Part shown: in pieces, positions 35,301 to 47,815 of the stretch
Numbering within the stretch: position 1 is the first letter of the stretch
Layout: each line of letters opens with the position of its first letter
NCBI GenBank assembly: GCA_010093605.1
Contig: MU004199.1
Coordinates: 310,001-374,000 of the forward strand
From: Lophium mytilinum
Taxonomy: Eukaryota
Length of the DNA: 64,000 nucleotides
Reading direction: 5' to 3'
The notes under the pieces: generated by a model
Database searches by the model: none
Told to the model about the DNA's origin: nothing
The model's input: the letters and a program-made list of their open reading frames with translations, nothing else
Translations under genes and position numbers: made by a program

Positions 35301-36417
35301 CCCATGACCCGAAGATGATGAGCGATTTGCAGTCAACCCAGACATTAATTTTCTCGTCATCCAGTTTTGCTCCACCCCCGAACCGCCCTGCCCATGAAGA
35401 AAATCCACTGAAGCCTGGGGAGAAGAGGTTTATATACCCCGACGAAATCTAGCTGAGATGGGGACACGTGCAGCTCAGGTGCTTTCGCTGGAATCTTCTA
35501 CAACTGCGCCACGAGGGCCGCTCCAAGCCCATCCACTTCACGCGCTATCAGAGCGTCTATCCCGGACCGGCGGCCGGTTGACGACGGCTACACTGGCTCC
35601 CTGATTGGCAAGAGGGCCTGAAGTGCCGCGGGTCGAAGGCTATCAGTCTCTTCACTGTTCACACCCCTTCCGCGGACCCCTGCTGCAATAAGACCCTCGG
35701 ACTCCTATCACACAGCGACATCACCCACGACGCCCTGCCGAAGCTCAAGGGCAACGACAACACCGTCCAGTGTAGGGTGGACCACGCGACCTCGTCAGCT
35801 TCACGCGCGCCGGCTATCTGGAGACACGCGCGTTCAGTCACGCAGACGGGGACGATACGTTCAGTTTCTGCACATCGAGGTCGCTCGCTGCTAGCATTCC
35901 CCCACGCCGCCACGGGCAACCGCACTACTATCCCCCTTTGTCGAGTTGACGAACGCGACCCCGACCACGCAAACGGGGAACGATACAGCTAGCTCACCGC
36001 AGCCGCGCCACTGCCCCCCGGCGAGTCGAGGCACGCGCCCCGACTCATCCACGACAATGAAACAGACGGACGCAGCGTGCAAATTCGAGCACGCACTTCC
36101 AACCCAGGCTCGTAGATACCCGCACACGTTGTCCGCCCTCGGCCAGCAATGAAGCGCGCCGCGTGCAGCTTTCACTGACCCCGAGGTTGACTCCAGAGCT
36201 CATAGTGGAGTTCGAGCGCGTGCTTCAACCCTACGGCTCCACTCTTGGTGGGCAGGCAGCGGAGACTCGGCCGCGGAGGCGTGGCCGGTCGAGGGATTGT
36301 TGGCGTATGAGTGCGGCGGGTAAGAGTAGCAAGTATCGAGGCCGCAGCGCGGGAAGCAGGTCGACGGGTGGGTTCCAGTCAGACGTCTCTAGAAGCATGC
36401 GGCTCTGTGTTGACGAT

Positions 36418-36451
<34 letters not shown>
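36418..36451 (+). repeat. Poly-G homopolymer (34 nt)
   Basis: Direct count of consecutive G. Confidence 0.95.
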
Positions 36452-37119
36452 CGGATGGAAGCAACGCCGAGCGCTGGTCTAGCAGGCGCACTGGCAGGCG
36501 CGTCTTTGATGGATTGTGGATTGCCTCGTGGTCAGAGGTACGCGAGGGCAGGCGAGAATGAGCGGGCGGGGTTGCGACCAGGAGGACGAAATCGGGACCT
36601 CCGCATGATCTCTCATGCTACGATAGCTGGGGACTGGAGGTGGTAGGACGGGCGGTTCGGGTCTGCATGATTGATGAGGCTTCGTTGGGGTTTGAAGGGT
36701 GCGAGCTGACGTGTTTTGCAGCAGGCCATTTGCGTGTGTCGTAAAAGTCAGACGTTCGCAGTATTCGCCTAAAAGTGGCGAGCGGGCCTGGAGGTTTTCT
36801 TAGTGTTTCTGGAGGTGTGCTGAAACCCCGACCTTCATTCGGTATAATTGAGCTTTGAACGGTAGGAAATCTGAACGTGGCGGAGCTAACGAATTACAAA
36901 GAGGTGCATTTACGACTACTGTGCGCTCGCCCACAAGCCCATGTTCATCGTGGAGAATGAAATGATACGAAAATTGATTGAAGGAATTAGGTGTATTGAT
37001 ATAAATTGAAAACAATGACAAAAACCACTTTTTCTAGGTGCGAAACTCCACCCATGCTTTGCAGAACGCTAAACACAAACCACCCAAACCATTTACCCAG
37101 TGTCGAGCCCACCTAGTTG

Positions 37120-38831
37120 TTAGCCAGTCGGCGTAAACCGACTCATCGCCCTAATCTTTGCCCCGTACACATAAAACAACACCGGCACCGGGATAAAAGC
37201 CACACACAAGAATGCCAACAAACTCATCGCCCAATCCACACCCAACTTATGATACATCGGCGTCGCAAACAACGGAAACCCGGCGCCGGCGATACTCCTC
37301 AGCACCGTATTAATCGCAATCGCGCTATTTGAGTAGAACCCGTAGCAGTCGATGATATACGACATGCCCTGCCAAAACGTAACCAGGCAGCCCATGCCGA
37401 TGAAGGCGGTGGCAAAGACGGAGGGCACCCAGGAGATGCTGGGGTTGCTGGTCCACGCGAACCAGAACATGCCGATGGGGAGGATGATGGCGCCGACGAT
37501 CATGGGGGGCAGGCGCTCTTCGGGGATAGCGCGGCCGTGCTTGACGAAGGCGCGCGTGAAGTTGGTCGCGGTGGAGTAGGCGATTAGGCCGGAGCCCATG
37601 GCGATGCCGACGATGAAGGCGACGAAGGGGAGGGAGGAGACGCCGAGAGACCAGCCGCGCTGTTCGCGGAAGCTGACGGGGTACTGGGGGTAAGGTTAGT
37701 CTGATATCGAAGGTGATACAGCTAGGAAAAGGTATACTTACAGCCTCGAACAGAAGATAAAGGATGCCATAGATGAAGCTCATATATGCGGTGATAAGAG
37801 CTAGAATCGGCTCCTGGAAGAACATCTTGAATGGCCGGATAAGGTACACAGTCATGATCTGCCTCGCATCGATCCGGTTCTCGTCAGCCTTCGCGTGCAG
37901 CGCCCAGTTCTGCGTCTGAAACCGCAGTCGCCTGGCCTTGGTCTGCAGAATCCTCGGCGCTGACGTCTCGGGTATCACGAAAAGCGCAATAGTTCCAAAA
38001 AGCGCGGCCATGATGAGAGTGATCCAAGCCGTCCATCGCCACCCGAGATACGACTGAGTGATGAAGCCTCCAATCGGTGGTCCCACGACGGGTCCAGCGA
38101 ATCCGCCCGCTGCAAACACGCATATAGCGTAGGCCCGGTCGATGGGGTCCCACATATCAGCCAACCCTCCTCCTACAACCGCAAGCGGCGCGGAGGCAAA
38201 GAAGCCACCCAGAAACCGCCCCAGCATGATTGTTTCGATGTTCTGTGCGACGGCGACGGGAATTTGGAAGATGGCGAAGATAATGTAGCCAGAGAAGAGG
38301 GGGAGGCGACGGCCGAAGACTTCAGACATGGGCCCGAAGAGGATAGGTCCAAACACGAAGCCCTATCCATTGATTAGTCCCTATACATGATTCTAGAAGG
38401 GGAATACTCACCAAGACAAACAGCGTCACACCCAGTGTGGAGACAATCTCGCTGACGTTGTACTCCTCCGCTACAACGCCAATCGCAACGCTGAAAATCG
38501 AGCTCGAAAAGGTCACTGTGAAGACTAGGGACGCCATTGACAGTGTCACGCCCCATTTTCGTCGCTTAGACCAGTTCTTGGGGTTTGCGGGGTCGTTGGG
38601 GCCGTCGAAGTCGACGAGGTCGCTCCTCGGTCCTTCGACTGCTTGGGGTGCGGCGGGTATAGGTTGCTGCGCGTCTGCTTTTTCAAGATCCATATCTTCC
38701 GGCATTTCGATATCGTCCTTGCTCTTCGAGAGTTCAGCGCCCAGTCCGTTTTGTGAGGAGTTGTCGTTCGAGGAGCGCGCAGTCGCGTTGTCGAGTGGAA
38801 TAGCCGGCGCGTCAAGGGGGTTGGTGGCCAT
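37120..38831 (-). CDS. MFS drug:H+ antiporter (DHA1 family, polyamine/multidrug transporter); introns 38411-38363 and 37741-37684
   Basis: Contains VDFDGPNDPANPKNWS..RKW, GPMSEVFGRR, GGGLADMW, LGWRWTAW, PETS, PEERL and RS..GAGFPLF...MY..LG..WA. Both introns are canonical and frame-preserving. Confidence 0.95.
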
Positions 38832-41182
38832 TGCAATCGCGCAAAAGAGGAGAGTCGAGGAGTCGTAGTGAGAACAACTGAGCAGCGGCAGCCATGATGT
38901 ATTATAAATACTGCGCGGATCGATTGCGATGGATTATTATTCCCGACGAGATGGAGTTAAGGTGGGATCGGAGCTAGCGAACCAGGATGACTTCATCATG
39001 GACTAGCCGCAAAGGAAGCCGATATCCGACCGGGGGTTGTACGACGAACACAAAGGAGACGGTGGTGGGAAAAGCAGCACACACGAACGCGAATGACTTT
39101 GAATCTCGCGATGACTTCTGAAAGAGGGCTGTGACTGATGCTGAGGCGTGAGAAAGGGAATGGTAGTGTAGCACTGCTGCAAATCAAATCTGCATGCGGG
39201 AATCAGGCGATTGGTGCTCGCACACGATTCGGTACGCGCTTGAGGCCGAAGAGCGAAGGGCGAGAATTTGCAGCCAATGGGACGCCTAGGATTTTGACGA
39301 CCGCACGACGACTGTACGATCTTATACAGTTTGACTCAGTTTTATCATAACCCGCAGTCGAACCTTTCAGTAATAGCTTTCGACATGTGTCAATCAAATT
39401 GAAATTTCTTCGTTGCAGGAATCTGTAAATAGCCCTCACGGCTAGGTAAGCTAGAGTAGGGCACTGCCGGATTCATCCCGCTATTGTCTTTTCAAATATC
39501 GCGACTGAACAATTGTCCTTTCCACTTTCCCTATCCCAAAAGCATCTTCATATCTTCATACTCATAGCAAAAAGTAGGAAAGACATCGATTTAAGCGTTC
39601 GCGGGACATGATCCATCTCAGGCTAGTTCCCGAGCGCTTCCTGCATCCGGCAATCCGCTAGCCTGCACTCGTCATCCGTCGTACAGCGACGTGGAGTACA
39701 CTAGTCTGTCCGTGTCCGTGTCCGTGGCCTTAGGGGGATCATAGTGCGTTGTGATGTTCTCCGCGATGTGACCGATGTCCGCAATCCAGAGCCCGAGCAA
39801 GTAGGCCTTTACTGTCTAAAGGTCGTCTGTTGTGTTAAGGATGAAGAGGCCAAGCAGGGCCAGCAGGCCGTAACAGTTCCCCAGCTGCAGGGCGAGCAAG
39901 TACGAAGGACAGAATTGCGAGCAGTCACTATCTTGGTGACAATGTTTAATAAACGCTACGCAAATGTTTGGTAAGCGTCATGATATTTGAAGAAAACGAA
40001 GGGGTTGATTAGACGCAGCGCACGCATGTGTCCCTCGCTACTCTCAATCTTCGTACAACACTACAAATCGGAAAGAGAAAGAGAACGATAATCGCTTTTC
40101 GCGACTAATGAGCGCAATCAAACCGTATATAGACAGAGAAACCAGCTCCCAAATCCATAGCATAATCCAGATAGAAGGCCCTCTGCAAACCCCGTGAACG
40201 TGACCCCCTCACAAAGTGAAGCCTTTCCCTCATCCCCGCCCCACCCTCCTCATCACCTAGGCGACCACCGGCCCACTCTTTTTACGAACTCCGCACCTCA
40301 CTTAACCCATATATACCGTCCAATTCGGTCCAGTTCTCAGGAAAGTTGCTACCTCAACGCTTGTACATCAGTGTACGAGTATTGTAATAGTCCTTGGTAT
40401 CTCTTGGACCCTTTCCTTTTGCCCTTTTTTGCAATTTTAAAAACCTAGTATTGGAATAGAAGGGGGAGGACCTAGTTCGACACGCGGAGGGGGTGCCTTC
40501 TTTTTGCTTTTTTGGTGGTGCGGATATCGGAGTTCTTTTTGCGTTTTTGCGCTCTCTTCGGGCCTTACGCGAGGGGGTAGGAGCAGTTCTCGTAGCATTT
40601 CTGAAGCTGCTTTCTTTTCTTTTACTTGAGGTTGAAGTAGCACGCTGTACAAAACGAGGCTATTCGTGCAGACACACGGGTGAACTATTGCTCTCATGTT
40701 CGAAAGCGCAGACGTTGCTACTCGCACTACCTGCGTAGGCCACAATGCCAGGAAGAGGAAGATTGGGCAGTACTCAGATTGTATTCTACTACATAAGCCT
40801 TGCTATCGTGGGGCGATGTATCATTACGAAGAATACTAGGAGGCTACCCAAACAGTGATAAACGAGTGTGCACGGGGTTACGTCCTAACCTCCGATTAAA
40901 CATTAGATTAGAGAAGTCAAAACGCAGCCAAATAACAATAGCGCACCTCACCCACTCCAGAGCCTCCAGCCAGCAGCAAGTTGTAGGTGTAGCACAGCAC
41001 CTCTCGACCAGCAGCAGCATAGTAGCAGCCCCAAACTCATCCATAGAACAAAGTAGCCAAGCATTAGTTTGCGTAAAACCACGCATGCACCGCTCTGCCT
41101 TTCATCTACCTTACCCTCGATACATATTACCTCTACTCCAGCCTACTCCCAGCCGGCCACCCTCCCATCACCTGTATCCCCT

Positions 41183-43462
41183 CTATCCCCTCCATCCCCC
41201 CAGCGGGTCCAACTCCCTCTGCAACAACAGGTCGTCCTCGCCTTCTCCTTGCTCCTGCAGCATAGACTGATCAATATCATTCTCAAACGTCGTATGCATC
41301 TGCCCCGGAGGCCGCCTCTGTGGCGTCCCCCAATATCCGGAGTCGTTGCCTACGAAGCTATAGGGATCAACCGCGTCGGACGCCGGCACCTCCGCCTCTG
41401 CGTCTTGATGGCTAGGTACGGCTTGGATCCAATCCTCGCCATTGTTGCCATCAGCATGTCCAAACTCTCCTTGCGGCAGGCTCTGCAAGTACCCACCCGC
41501 CGGCACACCCGCGTCTGCGTCTGGCTGAACGGCTCCAGCGTGGCTCCAAGCATTGCCAGTGTTGCCGCCTGCATTTCCAACCTCTCCTTGCGGCAAGTTC
41601 TGCGGATATCCACCCGCCGGCACACCCGCCTCGGCGTCCGCCTGAATACCTCCAGCATGGCTCCAACCGTCGCCATTGTTTCCTGCCATCTGTCTCTGCG
41701 GCAGGCTTTGCGGATACCCACCCGTCGCGTTTGCGTCTGGCTGAACACCTCCAGCGTGGCTCCAACCCTCGCCATTGTTCCCTACCATCTCTCTCTGCAG
41801 CAGGCTCTGCGGATACCCATCCGCCTCTGCGCCAGGCTGCAAGTCTCCAGCATGTCCCCAACCCTCACCAATATTCCCACCCGCTCCCACACCTCTCTGC
41901 GGCAAGCCCTGCGGAAACACCCCCGCCGGCACCCCCTGCGCACCCGGCGGCATGTACACGGGAACAAACAGCGAGCACGGATTCGGCTGCGCCGCCGTGC
42001 GTGGCGTGAGCAGGTGAACAGCCGTCGGATTGACGGGCAAGAGGGGCGGGGGGCTGAGGAGGGACGGGAGACCCGGTGGAGGCGGCCTTCTCGGGGGTGA
42101 CTGGAGGCTGAGGTTGTGCATGTTGGGGTAGTTGGGGTAGTTGTTGTAGGGGCTTCCCAAGGTCGAACTACCCGCCGCCATCCCACCCGGGGAGAAGCCT
42201 TGTGAGGTGTCGAAGGGGGCTTGTTGGGCGTTTACTTGGTCGTGGATGGATGGGTAGGGGGAGGGCTGGCGGGGAGGGAAGGGGGCGTCGAAGGTAGATT
42301 GTTGGGCGGCGATTTGCTGGTCGATGGATGGGTAGGGGCTGGACTGGCGGGCAGGGTTGGCAGCGAAGCGGTAGACGTCTTGGAGAGGGCTGTGGACGCC
42401 GTTTTGGGCTTGATGCGAGGGGGGTACTTGCGACGGCTCTGCAGGCCAGGCGGTGCAGGGCTGGCGTGAAGGGGGTGGTGAGAGGGTAGAGGTGGGGAGC
42501 TCGCGATGGGTTTGCGTGTAGCCGTAAGACGCGGGAGTGTTGCTCGGAGTCTCGGTGGTTGAATTAGGCACCAAGAAAGCCAGGGGATCTGGAAGTCCTT
42601 GATCTTGGGCCCCCTGGTTCATATCGTCGATGTTTGGCAGTGGCGAGTAAGAGTTGGAAGCCTGCTCGCCCTCCACGTTTGGTGATGCCGACATATGGCT
42701 CAGGTCATCTAGCTGCTCCATGGCATCTTGCATTCCAAGGTAGCTTCTCAGGCTCTCGGAGTCAGCGTTGGAGGCGGGAGATCCCGCATAGTTAGTGAGT
42801 GCTGGAGGATCGAAAACTGTTCGGGGCAGTTGTTGTGCTGGTCGTCTCCTCAAGTCCTGTCGCGCTCTCAAGTAAGCGTTTTGGGCGTCAGCGGTGCTCT
42901 GCCCCAGCGGGCTCAAGGCGTGCGTTGTGTGAGCGGTGCTTTGCAAGCCTGAAAGTCTGGCTTGCGAGATTCTGCGTCCCGCTCTTCTTGAATCAGATCG
43001 TTGAGACCACGGGGCGAGTGTCCTTCCAGTCGCACGCCTAAACGCACTCCACGAACGGTCCAGCTCTTCCGGACTCATGCGCTGGATGCGTGGCGGCAGC
43101 CCTGGTGTGCTCGTTCTATCAGACAAATACTCTGGGACAAAAGGGTGCTGCATGTGATGTCCACCTCGAGCACTAGTATCATGCCTATCGGCGAGTAGGG
43201 TGGGCATCTGAATATCCCTTGCGGGATTCTCGAATGTATTTTGCTGGTGAACTACTGGCGTCGTGTAGTCAGAGTGAGGGTGATAGACGGCAGCTGGATT
43301 GGAAGGGGGGTTTGACGTTCTGTTGTCGTCGTGATTTGGGACGCGTTGTGCTGTGTTGTGCCTCCGTCTGGTACGGCGATTAGGGACAGAGTCAGAGGCT
43401 GGAGGCATCGTGGGCGAAGCGCCCGCTCTGGTGCCCGGATGAGGGGGTGTAGGAGGTGCCAT
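41183..43462 (-). CDS. Hypothetical disordered protein (~759 aa) with five C-terminal 32-40 aa G/H/W/Q-rich repeats
   Basis: Long ORF, ACC-ATG at 43462. Repeat consensus GNNG[ED]GWSHAGG[VI]QPDA.A...GGYPQSLPQ. Confidence 0.7.
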   Translation of the reverse strand: MAPPTPPHPGTRAGASPTMPPASDSVPNRRTRRRHNTAQRVPNHDDNRTSNPPSNPAAVYHPHSDYTTPVVHQQNTFENPARDIQMPTLLADRHDTSARGGHHMQHPFVPEYLSDRTSTPGLPPRIQRMSPEELDRSWSAFRRATGRTLAPWSQRSDSRRAGRRISQARLSGLQSTAHTTHALSPLGQSTADAQNAYLRARQDLRRRPAQQLPRTVFDPPALTNYAGSPASNADSESLRSYLGMQDAMEQLDDLSHMSASPNVEGEQASNSYSPLPNIDDMNQGAQDQGLPDPLAFLVPNSTTETPSNTPASYGYTQTHRELPTSTLSPPPSRQPCTAWPAEPSQVPPSHQAQNGVHSPLQDVYRFAANPARQSSPYPSIDQQIAAQQSTFDAPFPPRQPSPYPSIHDQVNAQQAPFDTSQGFSPGGMAAGSSTLGSPYNNYPNYPNMHNLSLQSPPRRPPPPGLPSLLSPPPLLPVNPTAVHLLTPRTAAQPNPCSLFVPVYMPPGAQGVPAGVFPQGLPQRGVGAGGNIGEGWGHAGDLQPGAEADGYPQSLLQREMVGNNGEGWSHAGGVQPDANATGGYPQSLPQRQMAGNNGDGWSHAGGIQADAEAGVPAGGYPQNLPQGEVGNAGGNTGNAWSHAGAVQPDADAGVPAGGYLQSLPQGEFGHADGNNGEDWIQAVPSHQDAEAEVPASDAVDPYSFVGNDSGYWGTPQRRPPGQMHTTFENDIDQSMLQEQGEGEDDLLLQRELDPLGGWRG

Positions 43463-44968
43463 GGTTTTATACACTCTGAACGTGACGTCCTTGCCGGTAT
43501 CAAGAGACGGTGGACCTGACCGTGAAGGGCGAGCTAGGAGCAACGCTTGTATGGTGGAACAACAGATCGAGTGGCCGGTGAGCGGCAGTAAGGTAAATTA
43601 AGACAAGAAGTGGGGCGTAAAACTGTCGAATCGATGATGGTGAAGAAGCTAGCTATTCCCCGGAAGGAGGAATGATATACAGGAAGCAGCTGAGTAGGCA
43701 ATAGCCAGGAAGGGGCCAACATCGGTCGAATCCTGAACGCCCCAATCGGCAGGAGTGAAGAGTAGGCCTCAAATGCTGGTGGGAGGAGTCTTACGAACGA
43801 GAGATCAAAGTGGACACTGTACCGGGACTGAATATCTAGGTGTCTCAGCAGCACCGTCGCCCATCCGACTTGCTCTCCCTGGCTCTTTTTCGTCTTCGGT
43901 CTCCGCTGACGGCCATCCACAGCGGTCTGCACAAGCCAACTGCGTTCACGATACCCTCGTTCAATGCAGCCCTCTAACGCAGTCCGGGATTGGCGTTTGG
44001 CTACGCCTTTGTGATAGAGCGAGCAAGTCGCCGGCTCCACTGTATCACCTCTTCGAAGAGGTCCTAGAGCCCCGCCGTTACCCCTCGTGTGACCCTCTTC
44101 TACGTAGCTGCGCCGGCGTGCTGACGCACTCATGCTCGCAATGTGGTAGCGGCCCCTGACTTCGCCGAACGGGCCATCGCCTCGCCTTACAGCCTTTCTG
44201 GCGTAGGCTCGCTATAGGGACAAGCACATCCGCCCGGGCTGCTCGAAGCTTAATGTAACCTCGTGTGATCACAGCTCGTGTATTTGATTTGGGGCTTGCG
44301 TAATCTCTCTATTTGTAGCCCTTCAGACCGATTTTGTCCACGACTGTGTTCTGGCCTGGCAATAGGGATCGGATTCGTGTAATTCTTTCCCTTTTGAGAG
44401 CTCGTCTGAGAGTGGCTGCTGCCTTTGTGACGTCTCCCAGAGAATTGTGTCCTGGGTACAGGTGATGGTATCGTCGAAGATGTGCCACCAAGTCGTCGCA
44501 ATTCATTTTCGACGGGGCGCGAGACCAATGGTTGAAGAGCTGTCTGGGACTTGCAAGCTCGTCCGGGATGCCTAGATCTCGGTGGGCGCAGGTACTTCCA
44601 GTCTGACAACCAGGTGAGTGATGGTCTTGCGCGCAAGTCTGAGATGCCTAGACCTCGGTGGAAGCGGGGATCTCTAATCTGAGAAGCAGGCAAGTGATGA
44701 TTTTGCAGGGTGCGGCGATGTAGCAGGTCGTGGGTTTGGCAAATTGTTGAGTGAGGGGCACTGAGGTGGACAAGACGGCGGTCTCGTGCACCCCAGGAGA
44801 TGGGTCTGGCGTCCGAACGATGTATTTAAAGTGGTGTTTCGCGTCGACTTTATTCAAAGCGGAAACTTGGCGGGGCGAAATTGTTGTGCCGAAGTTGAGT
44901 TCCGTGGTTGAGTTAACAGGAGACCCAGATGGTGGAGTGTACCGAGGCGCAGTGCGGGTTTGTTTCAT

Positions 44969-45500
44969 TGCTCTTTCAACCATTCGTGCAGTTTCTTAAG
45001 ATGTGGATGCAGCTCCCAACACCGCGCGGCATCATGCCAGGTCATTTGTTCGCAGTGGGTGCACCAGACTTCTGGCTCTATAAGCTCGCGCTTTCGCTTC
45101 TTATTCTGCGCACGCTCTGCTCTGAAGCCGATCGTCTCTATGTTGGTGGCTCATCTGTTTTCGATAGTCAGTTCCCAGTCTTCCCCCGCTTTCACGGCAT
45201 CCCTCCACGAGACTGCTTCTCTCTTAACGACGTCATTGGCATCCTGTTCTGGTAACAGAGAGTACCGAAGTGAAAAGTTGTTTGAAACCCGAGGTAGTTC
45301 GGTATTGTTCGTAGTCCCCTGGTGAAGTGTACTACTAGCCACAGCTCGGATACAAGAGCTTGTTCGCCTAGGCTGTTGAGGTTGAGGTAGACTTGGTGTA
45401 GTTTTCCAGAGTATTCGCTGACATTTTTGCAGTCAGCGACGGAGAGAGTGTCGAGCTTGTTGGCTTGGTCGATGAAAACGACATTGCGGCTTTGAGGGAG
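44969..45500 (-). mobile_element. Degenerate Ty1/copia retrotransposon gag remnant
   Basis: Gag-like LDTLSVADCKNVSEYSGKL...LNSLG...WLVVHFTRGL..NYLGFQTTF. In another frame (about 45063-45000) is the zinc knuckle CTHCEQMTWHDAARCWELHPHL (CX2CX4HX4C-W-x-LHP). Confidence 0.75.
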
Positions 45501-45690
45501 ACGATCGCGGATTGGAGGAGGCATTTAGACGGGACTGTTGTAATATCCCTTCCAATCCTGGGTTGCGTCTAACGATTGTCGAGCCATTCGGGGTTTATCG
45601 CTTAGCTTGTCGAATCACCCCGACAGAAGGAAAATCAAAGGGCGGTGGACGGGACTTTAGAGGGAATAGCCTAACACTGAACTATAGATG

Positions 45691-45872
45691 TGTCAGGTAC
45701 TATTCTTCTAGAACGTATTTACAGTACAGAGCTGCCCCTGAAAGATCGAGAAAAAAGCAAGGAAATATCGACAGGGCGAAAGCGGATAAGCTTCTTATAC
45801 GTACAGTTTAGAGCAGGGGGCTAGGCTGACGCGCTAGGCAGGAAATAAGTGGCACACTACAGCAGTTCAACA
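45691..45872 (-). repeat. Putative LTR (182 bp, TG...CA) upstream of the gag relic
   Basis: The minus strand begins TGTTGAA and ends CCTGACA, with an internal TATAAG. No second copy, TSD or clear PBS was seen. Confidence 0.4.
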
Positions 45873-45929
45873 TTGCATGAGGTGGCCTAAAGAGCTATCA
45901 GGCTTGCCAAAGCAGGCATTTCAGAAATG

Positions 45930-46180
45930 GAAATAACATATTAGCGGACTTTAAGCGGTGCTAAATAAGCGTATATAATATATAAATAGAATAGTGTATA
46001 TATATATATATACCTTATAGATTTATATACTACTACTCCTTATTTTCCCTTAATTACTACGCTGTCTTTTAGATGCGCTTGTTTACTACTACTTAAGTTG
46101 CCCCAACGAGTTTTTATAGATCCTAGAAGGAAGACCTTCTACCTTATATAAATTTCCAAAAATGTATTAAAGTACTCCAA
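45930..46180. other. AT/TpA-rich tract consistent with RIP-mutated repeat DNA
   Basis: TATATA runs and many TA dinucleotides beside the copia relic, in an otherwise ~50% GC background. Confidence 0.55.
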
Positions 46181-47815
46181 GGCGGTGGCATACACACCCA
46201 TGTAGAATAGAATGCCACCTTTTCATGCCCCGAGTGGCTGGGGAGCTAGCGGATCTAGAAGGCTGGGGTTATATTGAGGCTGGAATGACAACATTGGGAC
46301 TAGAAATAAAAAGTACCAAAAATAACAAGAGACCTTTCCGACCGGATGGTAGGTCGTAATTCTGGAGCTGTGCGTTAAATTCTTGTTGATGTTGCTCTCA
46401 GTAGATCGATTGGCGTAGATGAGCGACAAAGGACCTCGAAGGATTAGTGCTGCAAGTGTGGCGTGCGCTCTTTAATGACATCCTCCCAAGACTCGGCCTT
46501 CCCATTGAGTTGGATGAATCACGGTGGTCTCGGAAAAGAATGTAATACAAAGGCATGGTGACGGAATTTACCGTGATCCTATCAATGCCTGCACCGTGCG
46601 GAGTGCCGCCATGGTTCCAGCAATCGAGAACGCGGGATTCGGGCTTCTCAGGAATCTTCGTCCCGATGCGAATCATAAGAAGCTCAAGAAAGGACTCATA
46701 ACCTATCTTTACGATGGTTGTGTGGGCAGTTTGGTGGACGGGAGTTTCACCAGGCGCGGGAGGCGCTGGGGGTGGGGGACGCCGAATCGATACACAGCCA
46801 CACGTAGCAGCCACGCGCCACAATCCGGCATTTCGTTCTCCTCCACAAGACGCAATTGGACCAGGCCCGGCAGTGTTCCAACGGCGGGGAAGAGTCTGGA
46901 CTTGATACTTGGCCAATGCATAAGTTCTTGAGCATAGTCGATGCTGTGTCAGATGCCAGCGGTTGCATGCCCACCGCTCTTCAGCGACGAAAAGGGGGAA
47001 CATGCCCCTGGAGATAGAAAATGGTTGCCGTAGGTGATGAGAATGAACAACTATATATCCGAATTGAGACTCTTGGATGACAATATGAAGCTTTCTGATG
47101 TCACTGACGGCAGTGTTTGGTGTTATGACCTTGATTCAGGAGAGATGCGGAGAAAGCTAATGCGGCCAAGATAATGCCAAGAGAGACATCCAGAATCAAG
47201 ACACCGACAAGACAGCCGATCGAAGCGTCAATTCACCAAGCAACCCAAGCAATCCCAGCTTCTCGACAGAAAAAGCTCCATTTGAAAACATCATCAGGGT
47301 GATTCTGGGATGGACGGTAAGCAAGGGGCTAGTCTCCGACATCTCACGATGCCACGACTCCACCACCCTGACCCCCTCGCTTCACCCTCAACTCTCGATC
47401 TGCGCTGATCTGTGGCTGCAGTCGCGGCTCGGCACGCTTGGCGCATGGCACCCGTGTCAGCGTTTGGACCACTCCCTGCGTCGCGACCGAAATCATGTTT
47501 CTGCTGGCGGAGAGGCCCCCGTTTGTTGCTTTCGCTGGCAGCTGGCATCCTTACGCCGTCCCTTCCATTCATTCTCCGACACCTCAACAACCTCGTTTCC
47601 TGCATACCTAGCCCTCACTCACCGTCCTGTAGCCGCTGCTGCTCGCCTCCTCCCTGCATATTCCTGGGAGCAGTGCGTTGGAGCGAGCTGAAACACCTCA
47701 CGACTCTTTTGGCGCCCGACATTCATGCCCTGACCTCCACGACATACCCAGCTCCTCTCGACTCACATATCCTACAAACCCATCCTAAACAGCATCCCTC
47801 GCACACCTGAGCACC

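Noticed and set aside
39707..39726. (TGTCCG)n short repeat upstream of the DHA1 transporter
   Set aside because: About three units; an ordinary microsatellite with no evidence of function.
40460..40512. tRNA-like 3' end (GACCTAGTTCGACACGCGGAGGGGG followed by T-runs)
   Set aside because: The T-stem has two mismatches, and no acceptor-stem partner, D-arm or anticodon arm is found upstream.
41069..42100. 343-aa plus-strand ORF with repeats
   Set aside because: It is the antisense shadow of the repeat region of the 41183-43462 gene.
46398..47003. 201-aa minus-strand ORF
   Set aside because: No motif or codon bias, and ORFs of similar length overlap it on both strands.
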